From an uncultured Spirochaetales bacterium (GTDB lineage: Bacteria; Myxococcota_A; UBA9160; SMWR01), in contig CAZBSV010000210.1 of the NCBI GenBank assembly GCA_964494795.1, positions 3,619 to 67,618 on the forward strand: 64,000 nucleotides of DNA. The letters are read 5' to 3'. This document shows, one piece after another, positions 52,789 through 64,000 of this stretch. The notes below the pieces were generated by a model. It searched no databases. It was not told the origin of the DNA and saw only the letters and a list, made by a program, of their open reading frames with translations. The position numbers were made by a program, and so were the translations under genes. The first letter of the stretch is position 1. The number at the start of each line of letters is the position of its first letter.

Positions 52789-52875
52789 GTAAGATCAGTC
52801 GTGCGGAATGGCCCGTGTAGGGTCGGTTTCGACCCCAACGGATGCCTAGCGGCCGAAGACGTTCGCAGTCGCCAC

Positions 52876-54081
52876 CTAGGGTCGCTTCAGGCGAAGTCCC
52901 TGGAGCCGGATGAAGCCCGTCGCATCGCGCTGGTCGTAGGTGTCCGCCGGCCCCGCATCCTCGAACGAAGACTGTGCGGCGTCGTAGAGAGACACCGGAG
53001 AGCGTCTGCCGGTAATCCGCACGCTGCCCTTGTAGATCGACACCCGAACTTCGCCCGTCACATTCTCTTGTGACGCCTCCATCAGCGCTCGTAGAGTCTT
53101 CATCTCCGGCGCGTACCAGAATCCGTTGTAGATCAACTCTGCGTAACGCGGCGAGAGCCGGTCTCGCTCGTGCATCACGTCGCGATCGAGCGTGATGGAT
53201 TCCATCGCGCGGTGGGCGGCGTGCAGAACCGTGCCGCCGGGCGTCTCGTACACACCGCGCGATCTGAGGCCGACGAAGCGGTTCTCGACCATGTCGACGC
53301 GGCCCACGCCGTGCTCTCCTGCGAGCGCGTTGAGCCGGCGCAGCAATTGGGCGGGCGATAGCGCCTCGCCGTCGATCGATACCGGCGTGCCTTGCTCGAA
53401 ACCGATCGTGATCTCTGAAGCCACGTCGGGCGCCATGTCGGGAGATTTCGTCATGATGAACATGGATTCGTCCGGCGCGTGCCACGGGTCCTCGAGAACG
53501 CCGCCTTCGTACGAAATGTGCATCAGGTTGCGGTCCATCGAATAGGGCTTTTCGAGCGTCGCCGTCACCGGGATTGCGTACTTGTTGCAATACGCGAAGC
53601 AGTCGGATCGAGATCGGATGTCCCACTCGCGCCACGGCGCGATGATATGGAGCTCGGGAGCCAGCGCGCGAAAAGTCAGTTCGAAGCGAACCTGATCGTT
53701 GCCCTTTCCAGTCGCTCCGTGTGCGACGGCGTCGCAGCCGGTTTCGCGGGCAACCTCCGCCTGATGCTTCGCGATCAGCGGCCGCGCCAGCGCGGTGCCG
53801 AGCAGGTAGCTGCCCTCGTAGACGGCCGCGCCTCGAATCGCGGGAAACACGAACTCGCGCACAAACTCTTCGCGCAGATCGCGGATCACACAGTCGACGG
53901 CCCCCGTCGCCTTGGCTTTTTCGGGAAGTCCGCTGAGTTCTTCTTCTTGACCGACATCCGCCGTGAAGGCGACGACCTCGCAGCCGTAACTGTGGATCAG
54001 CCAGTGAAGAATCACGGAGGTATCCAAACCACCGCTGTAGGCGAGGCAGACTCGCTTCACTTGACGCTTTGCGGCCATCAC
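52876..54081 (-). CDS. argG: Argininosuccinate synthase
   Basis: [38 protein letters not shown]. Confidence 0.96.
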   Translation of the reverse strand: MMAAKRQVKRVCLAYSGGLDTSVILHWLIHSYGCEVVAFTADVGQEEELSGLPEKAKATGAVDCVIRDLREEFVREFVFPAIRGAAVYEGSYLLGTALARPLIAKHQAEVARETGCDAVAHGATGKGNDQVRFELTFRALAPELHIIAPWREWDIRSRSDCFAYCNKYAIPVTATLEKPYSMDRNLMHISYEGGVLEDPWHAPDESMFIMTKSPDMAPDVASEITIGFEQGTPVSIDGEALSPAQLLRRLNALAGEHGVGRVDMVENRFVGLRSRGVYETPGGTVLHAAHRAMESITLDRDVMHERDRLSPRYAELIYNGFWYAPEMKTLRALMEASQENVTGEVRVSIYKGSVRITGRRSPVSLYDAAQSSFEDAGPADTYDQRDATGFIRLQGLRLKRP

Positions 54082-54149
54082 GTTGCAGCCTCCGGCCGGG
54101 CAGTCTACCGAAGCCCCGGCCGGGGCCGCACGCTATGACGCGATCGGGC

Positions 54150-54689
54150 TCAGGGATTGATTGCGGTCGTGCCCGAGAGCAGGCTCTGGAGTTCGTCGGC
54201 CCGCTTCCGCAGCTGTTCGACGGTGCTCGCAACGTCCTCCAGCATCAGTCGATAGCGCTCGGCTCGGCGGCCGCCCACCTGCTCGGCAAATTCGCCGAGG
54301 CAGCGCGTGAGCTCCTCGAGCGGCGCCTGGATCTCCTTCGCGCATTCGATCATCCGGCGGTCGCTGCTGATTTCCAGCGTAATCAGGATCACGACACCGA
54401 CCCGGTTGCTCTCCGACGAAATCGGCGACGCCACCGCCCAGTAGCCGCAGCCCGCCTCGCGCAGCTGGAAGCGAACCGGTCCGGCGCCGCGGCAGACGTC
54501 CGCAACCGCGCGCAATACCGCCTCGCGCGCGCCGCCCTCGAAGAGCGTGGCCAGATCCTTTCCGCGCGCCTGCTCGAGCGAGATCGAAAAGCGCGATTCG
54601 AAGGACGGATTGAGGTGGACCACCCGCCCGTCGGGGTCGCCAACGAGCACGGGCGCATCCAGGTAGTCGAGCAACGATCGGCCGCTCAT
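54150..54689 (-). CDS. PAS-domain protein with degenerate HisKA-like tail
   Basis: LDYLDAPVLVGDPDGRVVHLN PAS; AKEIQAPL and helical hairpin; no ATPase domain. Confidence 0.7.
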   Translation of the reverse strand: MSGRSLLDYLDAPVLVGDPDGRVVHLNPSFESRFSISLEQARGKDLATLFEGGAREAVLRAVADVCRGAGPVRFQLREAGCGYWAVASPISSESNRVGVVILITLEISSDRRMIECAKEIQAPLEELTRCLGEFAEQVGGRRAERYRLMLEDVASTVEQLRKRADELQSLLSGTTAINP

Positions 54690-54761
54690 CGGCCGACCTC
54701 GGTCTCGCCAGGCGATCGCAATGCGATCGCGAAGGTGCGACCCGAGCTCGCTCGAAAACGA

Positions 54762-56327
54762 TCAATCCGGAAGGTCATACTCTTCATTCTCTTTGATGAT
54801 CTGCGCGATCTCTTGTTCGGACAGGCTGCCGGCCGCGTTGACCGTGATGCTCTGCTCGCGCTCGGTAGCAACGTCGCGCGCGAAGACGTTCACGATGCCG
54901 TCGGAATCGATCTCGAACGAAACCTCGATTTCGGGCTCTCCCGCCTTCACCCTCGGAATATCGGTCAGCACGAACTCACCGAGCAGATGGTTCTCATCGG
55001 ATCGATCGCTCTCTCCCTGCAGGACCCGGATCTTGACGGCGGTCTGATCATCTCGCGTCGTGGTGAAGACGTGGGATTTTCGGGTCGGAACCGTCGAGTT
55101 CCGCGGGATCAGCGGCGCGAATTGACCGTCGAACGTTCCGATCCCCAAGGAGAGCGGAGTTACGTCCAAGAGCAGCAGGCTGTCGTCGTGAGACGCCAGA
55201 ATGTCGGCCTGGATCGCGGCGCCCATCGCGACCACTTCGTCGGCGTTGAGGCCCTTGTGGGGCGCCTTCTTGAAGTAATTCGTCACGCACTGCTGCACGA
55301 GCGGCATGCGGGTCTGGCCGCCGACCAGCACGACCTCATCGATGTCAGAGGGAGTCAGGCCGGAATCGCTCACGCACTGCTTCACCGCATCCATCGTCTT
55401 GTGGATGATGTCTCCGACGAGCTCCTCGAGGGTCTCGCGCGTCAGTTCCATGTTGAGATGACGCGCGCCGCCCTCGTCGTTCGCGATGAACGGTAGATTG
55501 ATCTCGGTGACGCTCAGCGAAGAGAGGTCGCACTTCGCCTTTTCGCAGGCGTCCTTGAGGCGCTGCAGCGCCATCAAGTCGCCGCTGAGATCGATGCCAT
55601 CGGAGTCTTGGAACTCCTTCAACACATGAGCGACGAGACGCCGGTCGAAATCCTCGCCGCCGAGGAAGGTATCGCCCGCGGTTGCCAGCACTTCGATGAC
55701 GCCACTCCCGAGTTCCAGAATCGAGATGTCGAAGGTTCCACCGCCGAGGTCATACACCGCGATCTTTTCTTCGCGCGCGTCGCCGATGCCGTAGGCGAGG
55801 GCTGCGGCCGTTGGCTCGTTGATGATTCGGAGCACCTCGAGGCCTGCGATCTTTCCGGCATCCTTGGTGGCCTGCCGCTGGGAGTCGTTGAAGTAGGCGG
55901 GAACCGTGATCACTGCCTGCGTGACCGGCTCACCGAGGTACTCCTCCGCGACCCGTTTCATCTCGCGAACGATCACACCCATGATTTCGGGGCAGGTAAA
56001 TACCTTGCCGGCGATCTCCAAGCGCGCGTCGTCGTTTTCCCCGCGCACGATCTTGAAGGGGCACAGGGTCATCGCCTTTTGGACTTCGGACGACTCGAAG
56101 CGGCGCCCGATCAGGCGCTTTGCGGCGTAGATCGTGTTTGCGGGGTTCGTAATCGCCTGCCGCTTGCTCAAGTGCCCGACCAGTCGCTTGCCGTCCAGCG
56201 AAATCGCAAACATCGATGGAGTCGTCTTGTATCCACCCGTGTTGGGTATGACGATCGGCTTGCCTTGATCGACGATTGCAACACACGAATTCGTCGTGCC
56301 CAGATCGATGCCAATCACGCGTCCCAT
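54762..56327 (-). CDS. Hsp70/DnaK paralogue lacking the C-terminal lid
   Basis: [35 protein letters not shown] linker, SBD-beta; stops at 521 aa. Confidence 0.9.
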   Translation of the reverse strand: MGRVIGIDLGTTNSCVAIVDQGKPIVIPNTGGYKTTPSMFAISLDGKRLVGHLSKRQAITNPANTIYAAKRLIGRRFESSEVQKAMTLCPFKIVRGENDDARLEIAGKVFTCPEIMGVIVREMKRVAEEYLGEPVTQAVITVPAYFNDSQRQATKDAGKIAGLEVLRIINEPTAAALAYGIGDAREEKIAVYDLGGGTFDISILELGSGVIEVLATAGDTFLGGEDFDRRLVAHVLKEFQDSDGIDLSGDLMALQRLKDACEKAKCDLSSLSVTEINLPFIANDEGGARHLNMELTRETLEELVGDIIHKTMDAVKQCVSDSGLTPSDIDEVVLVGGQTRMPLVQQCVTNYFKKAPHKGLNADEVVAMGAAIQADILASHDDSLLLLDVTPLSLGIGTFDGQFAPLIPRNSTVPTRKSHVFTTTRDDQTAVKIRVLQGESDRSDENHLLGEFVLTDIPRVKAGEPEIEVSFEIDSDGIVNVFARDVATEREQSITVNAAGSLSEQEIAQIIKENEEYDLPD

Positions 56328-57625
56328 TACATCCCCCCACTCTTTGCTGAACGTCGCGGGCGCTGCAAATCCTGCAGCGCATTTTGTACCTCTCGATTCT
56401 TCGGATCGAGGCGCCCCGCTTCTAGCAAGGCCGATTTCGCCTTCTCGCGCAGACCGCCGGCGCGAAACACGCGGGCGAGCGTGAGCCGCATTTCAACCGA
56501 CTCCGGACTCAACTCGCAGGCGGCCTCCGCGTACTCGGTAGCGCGCTCCAACTCGCCGATGTCCAGCGCGAGCAGTGCGGTCCGGTGGTTGACCTCGGGA
56601 TCCGCGGGCCGGTGGATCAACACCTCTTCCAGCAGCCGCAGCGCCTCGTTCTTGTCGCTCGGATCCACCGCGCCGCCATCTCCCTCGAGCAGCTTGAACG
56701 CGCGCTGCTCGTAGTGGCGCGAGAGGATTTCGGCGAAGCGCGCGCGGTATTCGTCGTTCCAGGGGTTGAACGCGACAGCCAGGCGCAGGCTCGGCGCGGC
56801 TTCGTGCCAGCGCTCCCGCTTCGCGGCCACCATCGCCGCCTCGAAGAATTGGCTCGCCTTGAGCCTCCGCTCGGCCAGGATCTGCGGTGGGATCCGGAAG
56901 TGCCGCCGCAGGCGCTCGAGGGTCTGGCGTTTGCTGAGCTTGCGGGGCGGAAGCTTGCGCACCGGAATCGCATCCGCGTCGGCTGTCTCCTCGACGGGTT
57001 CGGGCTCCGGCTCGGGCATGGATTCCAGCGTCCGCTCGATCTCGGCGCGAGTCGTGGGATCCGACAACAGCTCGTAGGCCTCGACGAGCTTGCGAAAGAT
57101 CCGTTCGAGCAGCCCCCGGTAGTCGCCGAGGCGCGCGCGGAAATAGCGGTCCGGGTGATAGATCTTGGAGAGCGCGAAGTAAGCGCGCTTGATCTGTTTG
57201 GTGTCGGCATTGCGCGGGACGTCGAGCAGCTGGAAGTAGGGCCTCCCGAGAGACGCCTCGAACGCGAGAATCTGCGCCTGCAGTTCGACTGAGATGTCGA
57301 GCACGGGGTCGATCCGCGGATCCACGCTGTAGTCCAGCGGGCCCGCTTCGACCTTGGGTGGCGCCTGCGCGGCCGAGGTCTGCGCACGGCCGGACCGGCA
57401 CTCCTCGATCGCGACGACGCCGTCGGACACCCAACGCTCGATGCAGCGATCCACTTCATCGGGCGGAATTCCGCCGATCTGCCGAAGCAGCGCCCACGAT
57501 GTGTGGCCGTCGATGCGAGACAGCAAGAAACCCTCCACGGGACTCAACTCCAGGCTGGACGGATCCCAGCCGGAGGCGAGCCGCGGAATCCGCTGCTCCT
57601 GCTCGGAACCCTCCACCGAATGCAT
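56327..57625 (-). CDS. J-domain protein with N-terminal helical domain and TPRs
   Basis: YFQLLDV...IKRAYFALSKIYHPDR (HPD); C-terminal TPR-like helices; stop/start overlap with Hsp70. Confidence 0.88.
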   Translation of the reverse strand: MHSVEGSEQEQRIPRLASGWDPSSLELSPVEGFLLSRIDGHTSWALLRQIGGIPPDEVDRCIERWVSDGVVAIEECRSGRAQTSAAQAPPKVEAGPLDYSVDPRIDPVLDISVELQAQILAFEASLGRPYFQLLDVPRNADTKQIKRAYFALSKIYHPDRYFRARLGDYRGLLERIFRKLVEAYELLSDPTTRAEIERTLESMPEPEPEPVEETADADAIPVRKLPPRKLSKRQTLERLRRHFRIPPQILAERRLKASQFFEAAMVAAKRERWHEAAPSLRLAVAFNPWNDEYRARFAEILSRHYEQRAFKLLEGDGGAVDPSDKNEALRLLEEVLIHRPADPEVNHRTALLALDIGELERATEYAEAACELSPESVEMRLTLARVFRAGGLREKAKSALLEAGRLDPKNREVQNALQDLQRPRRSAKSGGM

Positions 57626-57786
57626 CCCCCCTCAGGATCCAAGGGCGACCCCGCACGGGTTGTCATCGGCCGGCAGGAATCAAAAGCTGAGCGTCACGGC
57701 GAAAACCCTGTGAGGCGACGCCGACCTGGGTGATGCGGCTGCCACACGCCTCCAGGCGAGTTTCCCGCGGGGGAAATCGCCCGAAA

Positions 57787-58710
57787 TCAGCGCCGCGCGC
57801 CCAGCAGGCGCTCGAGAATCGCCTTCTGGGCGTGAAGCCGATTCTCGGCCTGGTCGAGCACGAGGCTTCGCTCGCCGTCGAGCACCTCGTCGGTGATCTC
57901 CTCGCCGCGGTGGGCGGGCAAACAGTGCATCACATGCGCGTCCGCGCTCTGCGCGAGGATTTCCGCATTCAGCTGGTAGGGTTCGAAGATCTTCTTGCGG
58001 AGCTCCCGCTCGTCCTCCTGCCCCATACTCGTCCAGGTGTCGGTGTAGACGAAGTTTGCGCCGCGAACGGCGTCGACGGGTTCTTCGGACCAGCTGATGT
58101 TCGCTCCGCTCGCCGCAGCGAGTTCGTCGACCTGACGCCTGACGCGCAGCGCAGGCCGGTGGCTGGCCGGCGTGGCAAGGCGCAGGTCCAACCCGAGCAC
58201 GGCCGCTCCGAGCAGCAGCGAGTTCGCCATGTTGTTGCCGTCGCCCAGATAGGCGATCACCGCGTGCTTCAAGTCGCATTTCTCCGCGATCGTCTGGAAA
58301 TCCGCCATCACCTGGCACGGGTGCAGTAGATCGGTGAGGCCGTTGATCACGGGAATCGCCGCGAATCGGCCGAGTTCCTCGACCAGCGCGTGACTGAAGG
58401 TCCGCGCGACGATCCCGTCGACCCAGCGCGAGAGATTGTTCGCGACGTCCTGCGGCGACTCTCGGGTTCCAATCCCGATCTGCTCGGGCCGAAGCAGAAT
58501 TGCGTGCCCTCCGAGCTGCGTCATCCCAGCCTCGAAGGTGACGTGGGTCCGCAGCGAGGGCTTCTCGAAGAACATCGCGAGCACGCGGCCGGGCAGCGTC
58601 TGGTGCCCCTTGGAGTGCCGACGAAGCTGCTTGAGCTCTCGCGCGCGATCGAGCAATGCGAGCAACTCGTCGGCCGTCCAGTCGGCGAGAGTGATGAAGT
58701 CCTTGGGCAT
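57787..58710 (-). CDS. argF: Ornithine carbamoyltransferase
   Basis: FEKPSLRT, HPCQ, GDGNN, DTWTSMG, HCLPAHRGEE. Confidence 0.94.
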   Translation of the reverse strand: MPKDFITLADWTADELLALLDRARELKQLRRHSKGHQTLPGRVLAMFFEKPSLRTHVTFEAGMTQLGGHAILLRPEQIGIGTRESPQDVANNLSRWVDGIVARTFSHALVEELGRFAAIPVINGLTDLLHPCQVMADFQTIAEKCDLKHAVIAYLGDGNNMANSLLLGAAVLGLDLRLATPASHRPALRVRRQVDELAAASGANISWSEEPVDAVRGANFVYTDTWTSMGQEDERELRKKIFEPYQLNAEILAQSADAHVMHCLPAHRGEEITDEVLDGERSLVLDQAENRLHAQKAILERLLGARR

Positions 58711-58711
58711 T

Positions 58712-59563
58712 TCAGCGCGTGATCAGGGTACCGACACCGCCGTCGGTAAAGATCTCGAGGAGCACCGCGTGCAGAACGCGGCCATCGAGAATCGTCGCAC
58801 TGCCGACACCGCCCTCCAGCGCTTCGATGCAGCAGCGCAGCTTGGGAATCATGCCGTCGCGGATCGTCCCGACTTCGATGAGCTTGCGCGCTTCTTCGGC
58901 CGCGAGGCGGCTGATGACGCGCCCCTCCGAATCCATCACGCCCTCGACGTCGGTCAGCAAAATGAACTTCTCGGCCCCGAGCGCGCACGCAATCGCGCCC
59001 GCGGCCTCGTCGGCGTTCACGTTGTGGCTGACACCGTCTGCATCCACACCGATCGGAGCGATGACGGGTACGAAACCCGCTTCCGCGACCGACGCGATGG
59101 ACGCGGGGTCGACCGATACGACCTGCCCTACACGGCCGAGATCGCGATCCTCGTGAAGCCGTCGCGTGACGCGGATCATTCCGCCGTCGCCGCCGGTGAG
59201 TCCGATCGCACGGCCACCGCCCTGTCCGATCAGCGAGACGATCTCGGGGTTGACCTTGCCGCCCAACACCATCTCGACGACTTCCATCGTCGCATCGTCG
59301 GTAACGCGGAGGCCATCGACGAATTTCGACTCGATTCCGAGTCGGGCCAGGGTCTTCCCGATCTGCGGTCCGCCGCCGTGCACGATCACCGGGCGCAATC
59401 CGATGTACTTGAGCAGCACGACGTCGACCGCAAACGATGCCCGCAGCGCGGGCTCGGTCATTGCGCTCCCGCCGTACTTGATCACGATGGTCTGATCGTA
59501 GTAGCGCCGCATGTAGGGCAGCGCTTCGACCAGCACCTCGGCTTTGTCGATCAGGTTCTTCAT
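58712..59563 (-). CDS. argB: Acetylglutamate kinase
   Basis: VIKYGGSAM, VHGGGP, GLRVTD, NVNAD, GMIPK. Confidence 0.96.
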   Translation of the reverse strand: MKNLIDKAEVLVEALPYMRRYYDQTIVIKYGGSAMTEPALRASFAVDVVLLKYIGLRPVIVHGGGPQIGKTLARLGIESKFVDGLRVTDDATMEVVEMVLGGKVNPEIVSLIGQGGGRAIGLTGGDGGMIRVTRRLHEDRDLGRVGQVVSVDPASIASVAEAGFVPVIAPIGVDADGVSHNVNADEAAGAIACALGAEKFILLTDVEGVMDSEGRVISRLAAEEARKLIEVGTIRDGMIPKLRCCIEALEGGVGSATILDGRVLHAVLLEIFTDGGVGTLITR

Positions 59564-59626
59564 CGGAAGCCGCAGAGGATAGGTGCTTTGCTGGAAAAAT
59601 CCGAATCGTTTCGCGGCGCGAATTCG

Positions 59627-61189
59627 CTACGTGGTGGCGCGCATCTCGCGACGGGCCTTCGCGACCTCGTCGACCGACTCGAGCAGACTGCGGTACAAGC
59701 GCGCGTTGCGCACCGCCGCCGAAATCGCGGCCGCGAGGACTTCTCCGGTTCTCGCGGAGGCGGGCACCCCGGCTTCCGGAAACACCCGCAACACCCCCAT
59801 CGTCTTGTTGCGGAAACGGATCGGAACGCACAAAAACGCTCGCGGCGCGCCATCTTCGGGCGTGTCGACGGCGGGATCGAAGCGAGGATCCCGATCGGGC
59901 GCATCCGTGGCCACCAGCCGCCCGGTCTGGAACACCACACCCGTCAGTCCGGAACCAATGGGCAGCCTCGCCCGATCAGCCTGGCCGGCGCGCTCGCACT
60001 GGCTTTCGAGCAGCAGCTCGCGACCCTGTGCGCCGAGCAGGTAGAGCGAAACCGGTGCGGCCGGCACACCGTTTGCCACCGCGGCGAGCGACGCACTGAT
60101 GAGTCGGTCGGGTTCGATCTCCGAGGCAACCGCATCGCAGATCGCGCGGGCGAGTTCGGCGTCTTCGGCGCTGCCGGCGTCGGTCAGCTGGCGATCGACC
60201 GAATGCGGATGCTCAGCGATTGCGGGTTCGCGCCCCACGCGATCGAAATCCTCCGCGGCTTCCAGAGCTTCCGCAGCCTGCGCCGCGACCTGACTGTTGG
60301 ATTGCGCGATCAACGGGCCGATCTGCAACGCGAGAATCCGCAGCAGGCTGAGATCTTCGGAGCCGAACGGGCCTCCGTCCCCGCGCTCGGTCGCGCACAC
60401 CACACCAATTGGCTTTCCGCCGCCTCGGATCGGAGCCACCGCGAAAGCGCTCGATCGGTAGCGGCCATCCACCGCCCGAGCGCCGAACCGCGCCTGCGCG
60501 CCGCCGTCCGAGACCGCGAGCGCAGTCCCCTCCTCGAATACCGAGCCGGCCACGCCGGTTCCGATTTCGACGGCGTCCATGGCCGCGGGCTCGACGTCGC
60601 AGCCCGTCGCTCCCGCGACGCGCAGCAGCCGCGAGTCCCCGTCCAGCAGCATCAGCGAGGCGCGGGATACGCCGAGCACTTCGGCGACCGCGCGCGCCGC
60701 GCGGTCGGCGAGCGAAGAGCCCGTGTCATCCGGAACCGACTCGCCCACCAGGTCGGCCAACCGGCTGTCGAGCGCTGCGAGCCGAGAGCACAGCGACTCC
60801 CAGTTCGAGTGCATCGCCGATGCCAACGCGGCCCTGCGAACCGCGAGTACGAGTTCTTCGTCGTGCAGCGGCTTCGCGAGATAGTCACAGGCTCCGACGC
60901 GCAGCGACTCGAGCACGAGATCGTGATCCATCTCGGCCGAGAGCGCGATCACCCGCAGCGCGGGTTTCTCGGCGACCAACCGGCGCAAGAGATCGAGCCC
61001 GACGGTTCCGCCAAAGCTGATGTCGAGCACGACGACCCCGATCTCCGGTCGGATCGCCAACTCGAAGGCTTCCTCTTCGCGCTCTGCGGTGATGCACTCG
61101 ATCGAAGCGCCCCGCAGTGCGTCGCAGATCGCCTCTCGATAGAAGCGCTCATCGTCGACGACGAGTACCCGGCTCGACTCTTCGGCCAT
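59627..61189 (-). CDS. Response regulator REC + two GAF domains, no enzymatic output
   Basis: VLVVDDE...VLDIS...LSA...AKP; two GAF-like segments (GTGVAGSV...VAPI; GSGLTGVV...CVPI). Confidence 0.85.
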   Translation of the reverse strand: MAEESSRVLVVDDERFYREAICDALRGASIECITAEREEEAFELAIRPEIGVVVLDISFGGTVGLDLLRRLVAEKPALRVIALSAEMDHDLVLESLRVGACDYLAKPLHDEELVLAVRRAALASAMHSNWESLCSRLAALDSRLADLVGESVPDDTGSSLADRAARAVAEVLGVSRASLMLLDGDSRLLRVAGATGCDVEPAAMDAVEIGTGVAGSVFEEGTALAVSDGGAQARFGARAVDGRYRSSAFAVAPIRGGGKPIGVVCATERGDGGPFGSEDLSLLRILALQIGPLIAQSNSQVAAQAAEALEAAEDFDRVGREPAIAEHPHSVDRQLTDAGSAEDAELARAICDAVASEIEPDRLISASLAAVANGVPAAPVSLYLLGAQGRELLLESQCERAGQADRARLPIGSGLTGVVFQTGRLVATDAPDRDPRFDPAVDTPEDGAPRAFLCVPIRFRNKTMGVLRVFPEAGVPASARTGEVLAAAISAAVRNARLYRSLLESVDEVAKARREMRATT

Positions 61190-61231
61190 CTCGATCCCTC
61201 CGCTCCCGATTCGCTCAGATGATTTCGATCA

Positions 61232-62610
<1,379 letters not shown>

Positions 62611-62614
<4 letters not shown>

Positions 62615-63159
62615 GGTAGTGTCACCACGTTGATGTTGTCGTTGGTGTAGATGCAGATCCGAGCCGCATGCCGCAGCGCCTCCTCGGCGATCTCCGCAAC
62701 ACCGAGCCGGCTATGCTCCGCGAGAGCGCGAGCCGCTGCCAGCGCGTAATTCCCGCCGGAGCCGACCGCCACGATCCCGTCGTCCGGCTCGATCACGTCA
62801 CCGTTTCCCGAAACGACGAGCACGCACTCGCGGTTTCCGATCAGCAGCAGCGCCTCCAGGCGCCGCAGCGCGCGATCCGTGCGCCAACTCTTCGCGAGCT
62901 CGACCGCGGCGCGCCGGACATTGCCCGAATGCTCCTCGAGCTTGGACTCCAGGCGCTCCGTCAATGCGAGCGCATCGGCGGCGCCGCCCGCAAATCCGAT
63001 CAGGACATCGTGCTTGGCGGCCTTCCGGGTCTTTTGCGCCTTATGCTTGATGACGGCGTCGCCGACTGTCACCTGCCCGTCGGACGCCATCGCAATCTTG
63101 CCGTCTCGCACGATCGCGAGCACCGTCGTCGAGCGAATCCGACTGCCTCGCAGCATCAC
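62611..63159 (-). CDS. hslV: HslV protease
   Basis: [25 protein letters not shown]. Confidence 0.96.
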
Positions 63160-64000
63160 CTGCTCCGTCGGCCGCTGGATTCGAGGGGCCTCGCACCGGC
63201 TCTCGGATGCGCTTTGTCGTAGACGGCGACCAGGCGCTCCGCGGAAACTGCCGTGTACTTCTCCGTCGTCGATAGGCTGGCGTGACCGAGCAGCTCCTGA
63301 ATTTCTCGAAGATCCGCACCCATGTCGAGTAGGTGCGTCGCGTAACTGTGCCGGAGCCGGTGCGGGTGAACGCGATCCACGATGCCTACGCGGCGCGCAC
63401 GCGCCTTGAGGATCCGGCGAATGTCCCGCGGATCGAGGCGGCCGGCGCGGCCCTCTCGCGTCCGAAGCGACGGGAACAGCGGCTCCGCGAGGATGCCCGG
63501 AGCCCGCCGCGAGTCGAGATACGCGCCGAGCGATTCCCGGGCGGCAGCGGGCAGCGGAACCACGCGCTCCTTGCCGCCCTTGCCCATCACCCGAACGTCA
63601 CCCCGATGCAGATCCAGATCGCGAACGTCGAGCGAGGCCGCTTCGCCGACGCGCAGGCCCGCGCCGTAGAGCAGCTCCACCAGCGCGCGGTCGCGCAAGC
63701 GACCGCGATCCCGGCGTTCGCCGCGACGCTCGGCGTCTCCCGACTCGATCAGCGTCTCGCAGTCGTCCACCGCGAGTGGATTGGGCAAGCGTTTGGGCTG
63801 ACGGGGCGCGGGAATCCCGAGCGTGGGATCCAGTCGGCAGCCGCCCTCGCGCACCAGGTAGCGGAAGAATGAGCGTAGCGAGGCGAGCTTGCGACCGAGC
63901 GTCGAAGGATGGGCGCCCGCGTGGAGCGCAGCGAGAAACGCGCGAACGTCCGCCGCCGTCACCGTCGAGGGACGGCTCGGCGAGTTCAAACTCGCGGTGA
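63156..64000 (-). CDS. xerC: Tyrosine recombinase XerC (5' end outside window)
   Basis: RKLASLRSFFRYL, LYGAGLR, GKGGKER, HRLRHSYATH, LGH..LSTTEKY; xerC-hslVU synteny; frame open to window edge. Confidence 0.85.
   Translation of the reverse strand, partial: TASLNSPSRPSTVTAADVRAFLAALHAGAHPSTLGRKLASLRSFFRYLVREGGCRLDPTLGIPAPRQPKRLPNPLAVDDCETLIESGDAERRGERRDRGRLRDRALVELLYGAGLRVGEAASLDVRDLDLHRGDVRVMGKGGKERVVPLPAAARESLGAYLDSRRAPGILAEPLFPSLRTREGRAGRLDPRDIRRILKARARRVGIVDRVHPHRLRHSYATHLLDMGADLREIQELLGHASLSTTEKYTAVSAERLVAVYDKAHPRAGARPLESSGRRSR

Noticed and set aside
52820-52835. GGTTTCGAC resembling the tmRNA 5' region
   Set aside because: No alanyl acceptor stem, T-arm or CCA end; forms a local hairpin instead
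52551-52838. 95-aa ORF over the hairpin element
   Set aside because: No SD or motif; sequence explained by inverted repeats
54088-54126. Two CCGGCCGG palindromes upstream of argG
   Set aside because: Pure GC, expected by chance; unlike AT-rich ArgR boxes
57787-58710. SLRT motif suggesting acetyl/succinyl-ornithine transcarbamylase
   Set aside because: DxxxSMG and HCLPAHRG motifs of classical OTCase are intact
63156-64000. Tyrosine recombinase as a mobile-element integrase
   Set aside because: xerC-hslV-hslU is housekeeping synteny; no att sites or cargo seen

Overview
High-GC (~two-thirds G+C by eye) bacterial chromosomal core segment, gene-dense and mostly on the minus strand. Gene content and order point to a deltaproteobacterial/Myxococcota-like organism (inference). 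Contents in order: (1) chemosensory cluster cheY-cheA-cheW-cheW-mcp-zinc-ribbon/REC-HEAT-cheR-cheB, preceded by a DUF4388-like/GAF protein; (2) housekeeping run yceD-rpmF-fabD-acpP-fabF-[rpiB::glyA fusion]-nrdR-ribD-ribH-nusB; (3) gltX and tRNA-Gln, then a sigma54-driven type IV pilin cassette (pilA, second pilin, pilG/H/I-like, pilD) and tRNA-Glu; (4) DEDDh exonuclease, an orphan ECF sigma factor with a sigma54 promoter, alpha2-type GlyRS, recO, rodZ-like and tgl/pilF-like genes; (5) 2-oxoacid:ferredoxin oxidoreductase alpha/beta, an NAD-linked Mo formate dehydrogenase unit, sucCD, mdh, icd, aspS; (6) REC-GAF-GGDEF, argG, PAS protein, lidless Hsp70 with a J/TPR partner, argF, argB, REC-GAF-GAF, hslUV, xerC. 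No rRNA, CRISPR array, transposase or prophage gene was seen. The least explained structure is non-coding: a ~210 bp element with two long hairpins whose 14-nt loops are mutually complementary (52581-52788), and a recurrent set of short tandem duplications (mostly 18-24 bp) that usually sit on gene junctions. All calls come from motif recognition by eye; no searches were run.
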